Virus record (IMG/VR): IMGVR_UViG_3300042923_000281
Location: 62,001 to 126,000 of that record
DNA: 64,000 nucleotides
Strand: one strand, 5' to 3'
Shown: in pieces, positions 8,001-16,730 of the stretch
How positions within the stretch are numbered: position 1 is the first letter of the stretch
Layout of the letters: every line of letters begins with the position of its first letter
Translations under genes and position numbers: made by a program
Notes under the pieces: model-generated
What the model saw: only the letters and a program-made list of their open reading frames with translations
Told to the model about the DNA's origin: nothing
The model's database searches: none

Positions 8001-9040
8001 TGTACAGGGACGTGCTGGTAGCGACGCTTCTGGTACATGCTGCGCTCAACGGCTGCCAAGTTACGGGCTGCGTCTTTATCACCGGCCTGAGCACGGCTTT
8101 CCAACGACGCACGCTGGTGCAACTTGCCGCCATAGATGCGACGCACTGCCAGCTTACGCTTGGCGTCCACGACCATCGGGCGCTTGAGGATGGTGAGGTT
8201 GTCAGACACAGTGATCGTCGAACCTTTACCTTCGACCAACTTAACAGCCTTGGCACTGGCCTCAGTCAGTTTGGTACGGGCTTCTTTGTTCTCGTCCACG
8301 TCAACCAGCAACTGCTCAAGGCTGACCTTCATGCCGCTGAACTGAATGTCCCCGTTGTAAGCCCCAGCACGTTGGTCATTGCCGAACGACAGGCTTTCAA
8401 ACGACACGCCAGTGTAGCTGTCCACCTTTTCCTTGGCAGCGCTGGAGTTACCCAGAATGCCCCAAGGGACATAATTGCCGTTGCCGTCAGTCTCTTCTTT
8501 CAGGTGACCGTCCAGCGTCTGCAACGCAGACTCCATCGACACTCCGCCGTAGTTATCGGAGTTGATGATACGGTCAATCGAGGATTCCGGCATAATCAGG
8601 ATTGGGTAGCTGCCGGTCTCGAACATTACATCGTTCAACATCGGATGCAGCAGCGGTCTAATCCTATAGGAATTATCGAAGAACTCCTGAACCTTCCTGA
8701 GAAGCGGCCCTGACAGGTTGCTATCCATGGATGTATCTTTGATGCTGTACAGCACCTTGGTGTCCGTCAAGTCACCAGGCGAGATCGTTGCCGAAATCAG
8801 AATCTGCCGCGCATAGTCCATGTCCGGCAAGACTTGGAACAGGTTGCGCGCATCTCGGATGTTACCGATGGTCGTATTGGCAACATGAGCCAGTACACGA
8901 CCATCGGGCAGCCGCATGTTTTTGCGTTGGTTGCCAGTTCCGTGGGGGTCGGCCTGTAGTTTGGAGATGGCTGCTTTGACCTCGTTCGGAATAGAACGGT
9001 TCGCAGCAAATCTCGTAAACCGCCGTACTTCGTCAGTCAT
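5084..9040 (-). CDS. Putative portal protein (phiKZ gp129-like) with ~430-aa acidic Pro/Asp/Glu C-terminal extension
   Basis: 1318 aa; N-terminal NIRDARNLFQVLPDMDYARQILISATISPGDL resembles the recalled phiKZ-family portal; divergent from the gp128-like gene; several S-x-E sites. Confidence 0.7.
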   Translation of the reverse strand: MTDEVRRFTRFAANRSIPNEVKAAISKLQADPHGTGNQRKNMRLPDGRVLAHVANTTIGNIRDARNLFQVLPDMDYARQILISATISPGDLTDTKVLYSIKDTSMDSNLSGPLLRKVQEFFDNSYRIRPLLHPMLNDVMFETGSYPILIMPESSIDRIINSDNYGGVSMESALQTLDGHLKEETDGNGNYVPWGILGNSSAAKEKVDSYTGVSFESLSFGNDQRAGAYNGDIQFSGMKVSLEQLLVDVDENKEARTKLTEASAKAVKLVEGKGSTITVSDNLTILKRPMVVDAKRKLAVRRIYGGKLHQRASLESRAQAGDKDAARNLAAVERSMYQKRRYQHVPVQPLLTHAQTGTETYGHPLVMHLPSESVIPIHVPGNPSEHVGYYVMLDIDGNPINVADQSSYYDDIRSQMNNVDSYASQIIQQARRGFEGSGGLQNEIVDELGKVYSDTVERDLLARLRSGALSGNYELGKTENINRIMFSRHMKGQKTVMLFVPPEMMTYIAFDYNEFGVGKSVLEDGKILGSIRASIMLANTLATLNNAVGGKTVEIGLDPEDEDPVSTVEFMLSEHAKVNSQGFSKIIGSTHPLGLADQIQNHGVNVVVSGNSRYPETTFNVNQREGQNKPVDAEFEETMRRRHIQMFGLSPEVMEGINQSDFATTVVQNNLMLLKRVIQSQEKFEPFLTDFVRRYVLNSGIFLTEMRQLISDNKQYLPDHIKGDPNLQDDMLQVDAFLYEFIEALCVGLPAPEVGDIKKSMESFDSYSEALDKVIDAYMNEEMFAADSSIGMEELIPNVKAVVKAEFQRRWLRHNNVMPELDVFNTVSEEEGSPVFDLLEASAEHLDGLNNSISEYVKKVVKAAKRRAKVLEKLTAGKTELEDAKNAATAGPEGGDGLDGGMDATDPNADPLADPDADPSLSGGDELDFDADPNADPAADPADPSLDPDADPAAADLDADPNADPAAELGDDSAIAEAPAEGADAAPADADPMAALDAPADGEPAPEGELDALADPDAEPTDPVDPDLDVAPTDPVDPEAPADPDLELPAGDEPVDPEAPVDPDAPAPDVDAPIPDADAPVTEEPADPVVDENADSDLIPQDNDVDPVPDTELGNNGLEVGDLADADVAAAEVDAENPELAPDEPAAPVEPVEEPTDPVDPVDPEAPDAPLEEEPTDPIDLDADPVEPVDPEAPIEEEGAPTDPIEEPTDPVDPDAEPVEPVDPEDPEAPVGDEPPVVEDEPVDPDAPVVEEPTDPVEPDADPEPPVVEEEEEKSEEEKEKDREKDKNQRKADAAVKALKLPNKGSILDNLPDNPPPKV
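5150..6400 (-). repeat. Degenerate coding repeats (PTDPVDP, PVEPVDP, DPNADP, DPEAP)
   Basis: Visible in the translation and as GGATC/GGGTC-rich DNA. Confidence 0.85.
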
Positions 9041-9074
9041 GTTTACCTCTATATATCCGTCTGGAAATCGAACG

Positions 9075-11264
9075 ATGAGTAATCTTTATCAGATCTATCA
9101 CGAGTCGGTGACCAAACTGGCCGCCACCCTTGTGGTGAAAGATGAGGCTACTTGTCAGGTCCTCAATAGTCGCTTGTCTGCCCTCAAACAAGAGGTGAAA
9201 GACGATGCGCCTGAGACCTGGAAGTATTACCTCAACCTGAACGGCCGGTATCACCCGACCGACACGCTGATGAAAGTCACCTCTATGGACACCCATGAGG
9301 AAATCGACTTCACACGTGAGAATATGGACATCCACCGCGCTACTTGGCGTGAGTACCAATACGGGTCTCGGTATTACACCGAACTCATCACCAAATACCC
9401 GAAGCAGGACATGTTGATCCACGGGATTTTGAACCCGGTGGATATGGCCACGGCAATTGCCGCGCCGGATCATAGTATTCTCTATTTTGACTCTTCGTTG
9501 GTTGAAGGTCGGGAGACGAACCTGATTCCGAAGCTGCAAGAGTGGATCACGGCGCAGTTTACGCGTTGGGCACAGGACGATTACCGCATCAACAACAGTC
9601 TTTTCACGGCTGCACGGTTGGCAATCCTGTTCATGGCGATGCCGGGGGCTATTAAAAGCATCCGCAGTGAGAACTGCCACACTCCACAAGTGCACAGTTA
9701 CCACATTCGTCGTTACTTGGCCTCGTTCGGTCCTCTGGATCAGTACTACAGCCAGATGAACGAGTTCCAGCGCCTGTACTTCTACCGTAACATCCGTTAC
9801 ATCATGCGCAACAACGGTAAAGACGAGATCTTCCGTGAGTTGATCGACAATGTGATGACGGAACGCAACTTCCCGGTGGCTGAATACACCCTTCAGCAGA
9901 ATGATGCCGACGTGGTAGCAACGTTTGACCCGGCTATTCAGTACATGCGGTCCTCGATCAACGGGATTCCGTCTGCACTGGGTCTGGACATGAAGAACAC
10001 CCGCCAGATGTTGGACTTGCAGCGCACTTTGGCGCGTTCCAACCCTGGGGAAGAGGAATACGCTCAGGAGTACATCCCTGCATCGGCCGTTCGTAGCCTG
10101 AATGCTGAGGTGGACACCAAGGTCCTTGAATCCAACGTGCTCGACATGAAGGAATCGGAGCCTTACACCCTCGCTGATGTGCTGTTGAACCAGTGGATCT
10201 ACTTCGCTGACCTCGGCATCTATCAAACGGTGTTGACGTTGCAGCTTCCGAACGGTGGGGAGAGCTTTAAGCTGTCCATGAAGGAAGCGTTCATCGTTTA
10301 CCAGTACCTGTACATGCTGCGTCTGGGTGTGGACATGGTCGAGATCCCACAGATCAAGGCCAAACGTGTCCGTCGGATGCCCTTGCCGAAGTTTGAAGAG
10401 CTGCGTGGCATGACCACCAAGGCTCACACCTCCGACAAGTTCATTCACGCTGCATTAAAGGACAACGTCGACATCACCAGCTACGTCTCGGTCGATGCCT
10501 TCCTGGCCGTCTGTGAGAAGATCCAGCAGCGCATGCTGTTGCACCGTGACCTGTATGTGTTCCGGGAAGATCTCTGGACGTACGCTGAGATGCAGTTGAT
10601 GTGTAACCGCTTCTATGCTGACATCCCAGTGGACATGGATCACGGGCAGAACTATTCAGCGTGGCTTCGGACACGTGGCCTCAGTTTTGAGAGCTACACT
10701 CCGGCTGAGCTGGATGAGATCATGCTCAACATCATCAACCAGGCGACTGGTCTGAAGTTGCGCACTGCCATGACCCTGCAACAGATCCAACGGGCCATGC
10801 TCAACATCATGTCGCAGCTGTCCTCGTACAGCGTGCAGTACATTCAACAGATCAACGAAGACGCCGTGGTCATGTTTGACTGGGGTCACGTCCGTTGGCA
10901 CAACCAAGGTGGTACTGCCGCCCACGACATTCGATTGCCTGCCACGTTGGCCGTGCCCATGGAGTTCCACGGGGCTGCTAAGTTGCACCAGTTGATTGAC
11001 GTCAGTGGTGTCACCATCCAGACCATGGATCAGCACTCTGCCCATGACATGGAAGTGGACATTGGCTTGGAGTTTGAACTGTCAGGACTGAACCAGTTCT
11101 TGGCACACGGTGTGGCACTGGGTACCCTCTTCGGAGTCGTGACTCAACCACAAGTGGACTTGGCGACCCTCACCGGTAAGAAAGTCGTGATCCCGTCATT
11201 GACCACCAAACCGATTGCTGATCTTTTCAACAGGACGCAGACCGATGACTTCACAAATCCTTAA
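9075..11264 (+). CDS. Virion structural protein, putative baseplate component (phiKZ gp128-like)
   Basis: ~730 aa from MSNLYQIY; WKYYLNLNGRYH motif; divergent from the portal gene as in phiKZ relatives (recall). Confidence 0.7.
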   Translation: MSNLYQIYHESVTKLAATLVVKDEATCQVLNSRLSALKQEVKDDAPETWKYYLNLNGRYHPTDTLMKVTSMDTHEEIDFTRENMDIHRATWREYQYGSRYYTELITKYPKQDMLIHGILNPVDMATAIAAPDHSILYFDSSLVEGRETNLIPKLQEWITAQFTRWAQDDYRINNSLFTAARLAILFMAMPGAIKSIRSENCHTPQVHSYHIRRYLASFGPLDQYYSQMNEFQRLYFYRNIRYIMRNNGKDEIFRELIDNVMTERNFPVAEYTLQQNDADVVATFDPAIQYMRSSINGIPSALGLDMKNTRQMLDLQRTLARSNPGEEEYAQEYIPASAVRSLNAEVDTKVLESNVLDMKESEPYTLADVLLNQWIYFADLGIYQTVLTLQLPNGGESFKLSMKEAFIVYQYLYMLRLGVDMVEIPQIKAKRVRRMPLPKFEELRGMTTKAHTSDKFIHAALKDNVDITSYVSVDAFLAVCEKIQQRMLLHRDLYVFREDLWTYAEMQLMCNRFYADIPVDMDHGQNYSAWLRTRGLSFESYTPAELDEIMLNIINQATGLKLRTAMTLQQIQRAMLNIMSQLSSYSVQYIQQINEDAVVMFDWGHVRWHNQGGTAAHDIRLPATLAVPMEFHGAAKLHQLIDVSGVTIQTMDQHSAHDMEVDIGLEFELSGLNQFLAHGVALGTLFGVVTQPQVDLATLTGKKVVIPSLTTKPIADLFNRTQTDDFTNP

Positions 11265-12225
11265 CGGGACGCAGCTGGCTCTGACGGCCCTCCAGGTGTC
11301 TGACGAGGAGGCCTTCAAACAGCTTCTGAGCACGCTACTCAAGAACAGCGCAGACTCGGCTGGCTTTGAGTACAGCGACGTCACAGCAGACCCTACAGAC
11401 CCTAAGTACGCCACTGCTTTGGTCAAGGTCAATCGGGATAAAGCCCACGTGTCTCTCTGGCCGTATCAGGGGGCACAGCCCATCCGTTACAAGCGCATCC
11501 CAGTGACTGCCTTGGTGACGCGTTACGGTAAGGTCATTCGTGCTGACCTACCTACCACCACCCGTGAACTGATGCGGATCTACCTGACCTCCAATGGCTT
11601 GGCAGATCGCTCGGAGCAGGTGGTGGACCAACCTGTCTCCGCCGTGGGCGATCAGGTGATTACCGTTAACCCCGGGCAGTTCCTGCTCTGGGGTGGTGCA
11701 CCGTTCACGATCAAGCCCAAGCAACGTCAGTTGGTAGACGTCATCAAAGAGACCACCTTGGTGGGCTTCCGGGAAGTGGGTTACTTCAGCAACGATCCGA
11801 AAGAACGACTGCTGAACCAGATGCAGGCAGACAACACGTTGCCGTATCCACTGGAACCTGCCCTGACCTCGTTTGGTGAGCCCCTCAAGATCTCCGGATA
11901 CCGGTACGACAACACTCAGATCCGAGCCACTGCCACAGGCGATGGTTTCTACTTGGGTGATGTGGACTTGGTGTACACCCGGTACGACTTTGGTTGGAGC
12001 ACCAACGGGTCACAGTTCTTGGTGAACGGTCCGTCAGTGCCGACCATCCAGTACATGGTGCAGCAGGTAGCGTTGCAGACCGGGTTCCCCATCACGGCAG
12101 CAGATGTGAATGCACAGGCTTACCCGTCGATTCCATCGGGGACGCTGGAGACGCTGACGATCACCTTCAAAGAGGACAACCTGCGCTACACGGGCGAGTT
12201 GACCATCGACTATAAGGCTAACTGA
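11245..12225 (+). CDS. Putative virion structural protein (phiKZ gp127-like)
   Basis: ~326 aa; YxG and YxR repeats typical of phiKZ-family tail/baseplate proteins; operon context. Confidence 0.6.
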   Translation: MTSQILNGTQLALTALQVSDEEAFKQLLSTLLKNSADSAGFEYSDVTADPTDPKYATALVKVNRDKAHVSLWPYQGAQPIRYKRIPVTALVTRYGKVIRADLPTTTRELMRIYLTSNGLADRSEQVVDQPVSAVGDQVITVNPGQFLLWGGAPFTIKPKQRQLVDVIKETTLVGFREVGYFSNDPKERLLNQMQADNTLPYPLEPALTSFGEPLKISGYRYDNTQIRATATGDGFYLGDVDLVYTRYDFGWSTNGSQFLVNGPSVPTIQYMVQQVALQTGFPITAADVNAQAYPSIPSGTLETLTITFKEDNLRYTGELTIDYKAN

Positions 12226-12227
12226 TC

Positions 12228-12671
12228 ATGTCCAACTTCTCCCTTGATCAACTGCTCACTTACACCCCGTTCCAAGCGATGCTGATCGCCTTCAATGAAA
12301 CCCACGGCACCCAACTCAACCCGCGCTTCGTGGGACTGGATCAGGTGCTGAGCAGCGAAGGCCCAGACATCACTGTACGGCTCAAGGCCATTCCCCAGCG
12401 CAGCAACTCTGAGGCAAACCGCTTCAGTGGCAAAGGGGACATCACAGTGACTCGCTTGAACTTGACTGATTTGTTTCCTCAGCCATTCGTCATGGACTAC
12501 TTCGGTGAGGTGGTCAGTCACGACGTGGCCCGAACCATCACGCAACGCACCGGTATCGTCTTTGATGAATCGGACTTTGAATCCGTGGTCCTCACGCCTG
12601 AGAACGCCATCCTGAAAGCGGGTCCTAACTCGCTGCGGTGGTACGGGCAGATGACCATCCTGAAAGCTTAG
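12228..12671 (+). CDS. Putative virion structural protein
   Basis: 147 aa; RLNL...SLRWYG motif family; coupled in operon. Confidence 0.6.
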   Translation: MSNFSLDQLLTYTPFQAMLIAFNETHGTQLNPRFVGLDQVLSSEGPDITVRLKAIPQRSNSEANRFSGKGDITVTRLNLTDLFPQPFVMDYFGEVVSHDVARTITQRTGIVFDESDFESVVLTPENAILKAGPNSLRWYGQMTILKA

Positions 12672-12679
12672 AGGTGACC

Positions 12680-13690
12680 ATGTACGTCCGCCCGTTGCGG
12701 TATAACAAGCCCGCTAACCAACTGCTACTGGACATCATGAACATGACCAACCAAACGGCCATCGAGCCTTGGCAGGTCAAGTTCGGTCTCCCGTACCCGG
12801 TCTCGGAGCCTGCTCCACAGATCAACGTTCAACACCTGAACGATTACAACAACCACCGTCCTACGGGCAACACCCTCACCGGCATTGAAGTCATTCCGAC
12901 CCCTGAGTCAGGGTGGCGCAAGTCAGCGCAGTTGGTGTACCGTCGCCGTGTGATTCAGGACCTCTTCATCTCTGTACCGTTCGTGATCTACTGCGTGGAC
13001 AACTCGGATGAGGTAATTCTGAAAGCTTTAAGCGAACAGTATGGTCTCTACCTTGATAAAGAACTCGTCACACTGGAGTTCGTCGAGGTGAGTCTGAATG
13101 AAGTACTGTTCCGTACGCACATGGGTTCCATCTTGGAGACCGACGCGTGTTCTGACTTCGTACAACCGATTGCTTACAACCTCATCATCAAGATGAAGCC
13201 CGAGCATCCGATTTACGTTGGCGAGATCCACGTCTACATCCGGGAAGCTGTCCAATTCCTCAACCGCGACATCAAGACCACCTTGGAAGTCCTGAAGTAC
13301 TTGGGACCTGAGGAGCATCACAAGATGCCGGCCGAGATGATCCTGCCAAACAACCGCTTCGTGGACCATGACTACGTCATGAAGAACCTGAAGCCGGGCG
13401 ACTTGGTAGAGAAGTGGATTGTGGACACAGCCAAGGCCATCACTGGCGACGACTGGGTATTCACGCAGAACCAGAACCCCTTCAACCTCTACGGTACGAA
13501 GGTGGTTTACAACGGTTTGAACACGGGTGAGGTTTACATTAACGATCCAAAGGTGTCCAACATCTTGATCGTTCAATTCTCCGATGAACACTGCACGAAT
13601 ATCCGTGGGCAATGGGTTATCGGGTACTACAACCGTGACTCGTGGCTGCGTCGTGAAAGGATCGATAATCTCCCGATCCAAGACCAGTAA
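12680..13690 (+). CDS. Putative virion structural protein
   Basis: Start MYVRPL with GAGG RBS; operon context. Confidence 0.6.
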   Translation: MYVRPLRYNKPANQLLLDIMNMTNQTAIEPWQVKFGLPYPVSEPAPQINVQHLNDYNNHRPTGNTLTGIEVIPTPESGWRKSAQLVYRRRVIQDLFISVPFVIYCVDNSDEVILKALSEQYGLYLDKELVTLEFVEVSLNEVLFRTHMGSILETDACSDFVQPIAYNLIIKMKPEHPIYVGEIHVYIREAVQFLNRDIKTTLEVLKYLGPEEHHKMPAEMILPNNRFVDHDYVMKNLKPGDLVEKWIVDTAKAITGDDWVFTQNQNPFNLYGTKVVYNGLNTGEVYINDPKVSNILIVQFSDEHCTNIRGQWVIGYYNRDSWLRRERIDNLPIQDQ

Positions 13691-13742
13691 TCCCCGCGCT
13701 ATCGTATGAACTGTATTTCTTTCTGACCATAAAGGCCGCCCC

Positions 13743-14621
13743 ATGCAAAAGATCGTCCCGACGCAGTTGTCGAACTATCTCCAAGTGTCCAACTTTCTGG
13801 GCACTCCGTTCGAGAAGTTCGACAACACCACGTTGAACCAGAAGTTCGACATCCAAGCGAATGCCGTGCTTCAACCGAACATGCGCCCTACGCTTCAGTT
13901 CTACACCATCGGTATCGGTGGTCACACCTACACCATGGGGCCGAACGAGATCCCGCTGTCCGACATCCTGGACCACAGCTCGGGTGACGCAGGGTTGTTC
14001 AAACACCTGCCGTTCGTGATCCGACCGATCAACGACGACCTCACGCCAGGCGAGCGCACCAAGTACTGCCTGCGCAAGACCATCACGGTTGACAACGTCA
14101 GCTACTACGCCTACTACGGTAAGCGCCTGAGCATGGACGGCGTAGTGCCGAAGATGACCAAGCGTACCATGGTCGACGGTCAGCCAGACATCGAGGAATA
14201 CGTCTACACCGAGAAGAACCTGTCGCCCACTCCGGCGTCGATTCCGAACGATGAAGCGGTCACCACCAGCAACGAGTACCTGGCCACTTCGGCCATCGTG
14301 CCCATGCCGTTCACCGAGCAAGACGTCGCTGAAATGTACAACGTGGCAGAGATCCTCTTCGGCGACCGCCGGATGGCGATCATCTCCGAGTTTGGTTTCT
14401 GCACCGCGGTCATGGCGGACGTCTCCATCAACACCTCGGCTGGCTCTGTCCAGTTCAAGGAAGCCATCGGTGCGCAGATCACTGCGATCATCAGTGGCCA
14501 CTACGAGCTGATCTTCAACAGCAAAGGCTTTGACTTCAACCTTGAAGTAGGTGCTGTCCAACCTCTGCTGGCTACCGGTCAGATCCCAACCATTACCATG
14601 TCGCTACTCGGCGGGGTTTAA
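13743..14621 (+). CDS. Conserved phiKZ-family virion protein
   Basis: 292 aa; NTTLNQKFDI, FKHLPFVIR and YYAYYGKRL motifs recalled from phiKZ-like phages. Confidence 0.65.
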   Translation: MQKIVPTQLSNYLQVSNFLGTPFEKFDNTTLNQKFDIQANAVLQPNMRPTLQFYTIGIGGHTYTMGPNEIPLSDILDHSSGDAGLFKHLPFVIRPINDDLTPGERTKYCLRKTITVDNVSYYAYYGKRLSMDGVVPKMTKRTMVDGQPDIEEYVYTEKNLSPTPASIPNDEAVTTSNEYLATSAIVPMPFTEQDVAEMYNVAEILFGDRRMAIISEFGFCTAVMADVSINTSAGSVQFKEAIGAQITAIISGHYELIFNSKGFDFNLEVGAVQPLLATGQIPTITMSLLGGV

Positions 14622-14643
14622 CGTAACTGCCTAAGGTGAGAAC

Positions 14644-15240
14644 ATGAAATACCAAGACGATTCATACATCTACCGGATCATGGCGATCGATAACGGTTCG
14701 TCCATGTTGGGGATGGTGATTGTTCTTCTCGACCTTAGGCTGGGTCACTACCACGTCGTTACGAAAGAGACGTTCGTGGCAGAAAAGCTCATCTCGCGTC
14801 ACGAAGGGACCGTAGTGTCTCATGGCGCCAGATGGGCGAGACAGAACACCCTAAAGGATTGTGTCCGTCGAGAACTGCACTACCACAACCCACATGCGGT
14901 TGCAGTTGAGACTCCGTTCTTCATGCCTCGGCGTGTACAGAGTTTCGAGACCTTGACAGAGATGATGATCTTCATCCGCCAAGCGGTAGAGGATCATTCG
15001 GGAAGGGACATCTACCGAGTAACTCCAGGCGAAGCTAAGCGTGCTGTCCAACCAGCTAAGTCAGGGAAGTTCACCATGAAGAAGGTCGTAATCAAAGATT
15101 GCGTCCTTGCCATGACCAACATTAGCTACAACGAGGACATTGATAAACACACCCTGACGGAACACGAGTACGATGCCATCGCCGTAGCAGTTGCTCACGG
15201 TGAAGCGATTCGAAAAGCGACCGGGTTCCTCAGGAAGTAG
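14644..15240 (+). CDS. RuvC-like Holliday junction resolvase
   Basis: IMAIDNG (D), VAVETP (E), TPGEAKRAV and HEYDAIAVA RNase H-fold catalytic motifs. Confidence 0.75.
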   Translation: MKYQDDSYIYRIMAIDNGSSMLGMVIVLLDLRLGHYHVVTKETFVAEKLISRHEGTVVSHGARWARQNTLKDCVRRELHYHNPHAVAVETPFFMPRRVQSFETLTEMMIFIRQAVEDHSGRDIYRVTPGEAKRAVQPAKSGKFTMKKVVIKDCVLAMTNISYNEDIDKHTLTEHEYDAIAVAVAHGEAIRKATGFLRK

Positions 15241-15257
15241 CCTGTGAGGAATACGTC

Positions 15258-15722
15258 ATGCTCTTGTCTGACGTTATAAAGGTCTTGGGGAACACTCCCT
15301 TAAAAGCGTTCCCCTGGGGTTGCGTCGTAAAAGACACGGTAAACTTGTTCGTGGATGAGTCGAACAAGATCACGGAAGATTCCACTGGCATGGATGTCAC
15401 TACCGCCTTGGATTCTCTCTCTGCTGAGACACGCGATCTGGTTCTTCGAGCAAACCTCGACCCAGCTCGTCAGTGTGTAGCCACTCCCGCTGGGGGCGGG
15501 ATGGTTATCGAGCATGAAGGGGAGTCAGCGACTCTCGATGACACTGCTGCCTTACGCAGTGCCATGCTCAATCCGCTCTTCATGACATGTCTTGCCATGG
15601 TGTTTGTTCCACTGACCATGGCGTCGTACATGATCTCCAACCTGTCCGTTCACAAAGGCTTCCATTGGGGAGAGCTGTTCTCGGCTCTCTTCAAAGTCTT
15701 TGGCTTTTCACTTGGAGACTAA
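15258..15722 (+). CDS. Hypothetical membrane protein
   Basis: 154 aa, GAGGA RBS, C-terminal hydrophobic segments. Confidence 0.7.
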   Translation: MLLSDVIKVLGNTPLKAFPWGCVVKDTVNLFVDESNKITEDSTGMDVTTALDSLSAETRDLVLRANLDPARQCVATPAGGGMVIEHEGESATLDDTAALRSAMLNPLFMTCLAMVFVPLTMASYMISNLSVHKGFHWGELFSALFKVFGFSLGD

Positions 15723-15724
15723 TC

Positions 15725-15937
15725 ATGAGCGAAGAAAGCAATTCCGTAGCAAGGGCCACAAAGAAGCCCGGCTTCACCTCCTACATCGCCATTGCCATTG
15801 TCGTTCTGGTATTGGGTTCCTTTGCGATCGAAGCTGTCGCCGCGCTCAAGGAAGGCCGGAGCATCAATTTCGAGCTGGTTAACAAACTGCTCGATACGTT
15901 GATGTCGCTGATGAATACTCCGTCACCGACTGAGTAA
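15725..15937 (+). CDS. Small single-TM protein
   Basis: Start MSEESN with GGAG RBS; one TM helix. Confidence 0.7.
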   Translation: MSEESNSVARATKKPGFTSYIAIAIVVLVLGSFAIEAVAALKEGRSINFELVNKLLDTLMSLMNTPSPTE

Positions 15938-15940
15938 CAA

Positions 15941-15987
15941 CATAGAGAGCCACCCGCCTGTTTAAGGGCGGGTGGCTCTCTATGCCG
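15941..15987. terminator. Bidirectional terminator between convergent operons
   Basis: Perfect 18-bp inverted repeat 15941-15958/15967-15984; TATGCCG tail. Confidence 0.8.
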
Positions 15988-16644
15988 TCATTTGCGTTTA
16001 TGCTGCGGGTTCGGGATTTCGTAGTGATTGGCGAACAAGTCACGTACGTACTCCGAGTCCTCTGCCGATTTCTTGCCCGGCTTGATGACGCGAGTGATCT
16101 CGATCTTGAAGGGGATCTTGATCTCACTGACCGAGACGCCCTCAGGGACCTCCAGATCGATCTTCACGACGTTGCACTGCTTACCGTCGGCATCATTGAA
16201 GACATCGACCTGTAGCTCGTGCTCAGTGCCTTCCAGCGGGAAGAAGTAGCGGGTCTTCACCAAGCCATTGGGTACGAGGCCAGCGAAGATGTTGAAAGTG
16301 GCTTCGCCAATCTCGATCTCGTTCTCATCGCTACCATCAGGCTGCTTCTGCTTGATGGTCTGCTCGTACTTCACAGCAGCACCTTCGCCTTCACCCTCAC
16401 GGGTCATCCGGACACGGATACTGCCAAAGATGCCAGCGTCCTTACCGAAGTCGCACGGCATGCCCCATTGTTCCTGGTACTCTTTACCACGAGCACCTGC
16501 TTGCATCGCTGCAAGGTCGTCTACGCGTCCGTAGATCTCGTATTCACGTTCCTTGACAGTCTGCCCATCCGCAGGGGCCAGCGCCTCCAGAGAGGTGGTC
16601 ACAGGCGGGTTGAGGAGGGTTGCTAATACTGCTTTTGCATTCAT
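15988..16644 (-). CDS. CYTH/triphosphate-tunnel metalloenzyme-like protein
   Basis: EREYE, SIRVR, YEQTIK, ENEIEI, KTRY, QVDVF and KIDLEV follow the CYTH pattern. Confidence 0.65.
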   Translation of the reverse strand: MNAKAVLATLLNPPVTTSLEALAPADGQTVKEREYEIYGRVDDLAAMQAGARGKEYQEQWGMPCDFGKDAGIFGSIRVRMTREGEGEGAAVKYEQTIKQKQPDGSDENEIEIGEATFNIFAGLVPNGLVKTRYFFPLEGTEHELQVDVFNDADGKQCNVVKIDLEVPEGVSVSEIKIPFKIEITRVIKPGKKSAEDSEYVRDLFANHYEIPNPQHKRK

Positions 16645-16664
16645 GATCGGTATCCTTGCTTCAA

Positions 16665-16714
16665 ACAAAGAAAAAATGAAGAGAGTCATAATAAATGGGA
16701 GCCCGAAGGCTCCC
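16665..16714 (-). terminator. Hairpin terminator with TTTATTATGAC and TTTTTTCTTTG tails
   Basis: GGGAGCC-CGAA-GGCTCCC at 16697-16714. Confidence 0.7.
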
Positions 16715-16730
16715 ATCCATCAAACACCCA

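Noticed and set aside
6884-8713. Long opposite-strand ORFs (also 9033..10448, 16695..18707, 21787..24183, 33761..35368, 40216..41904, 58183..60108)
   Set aside because: Antisense shadows of real genes caused by codon bias; no RBS, no motifs, unnatural composition.
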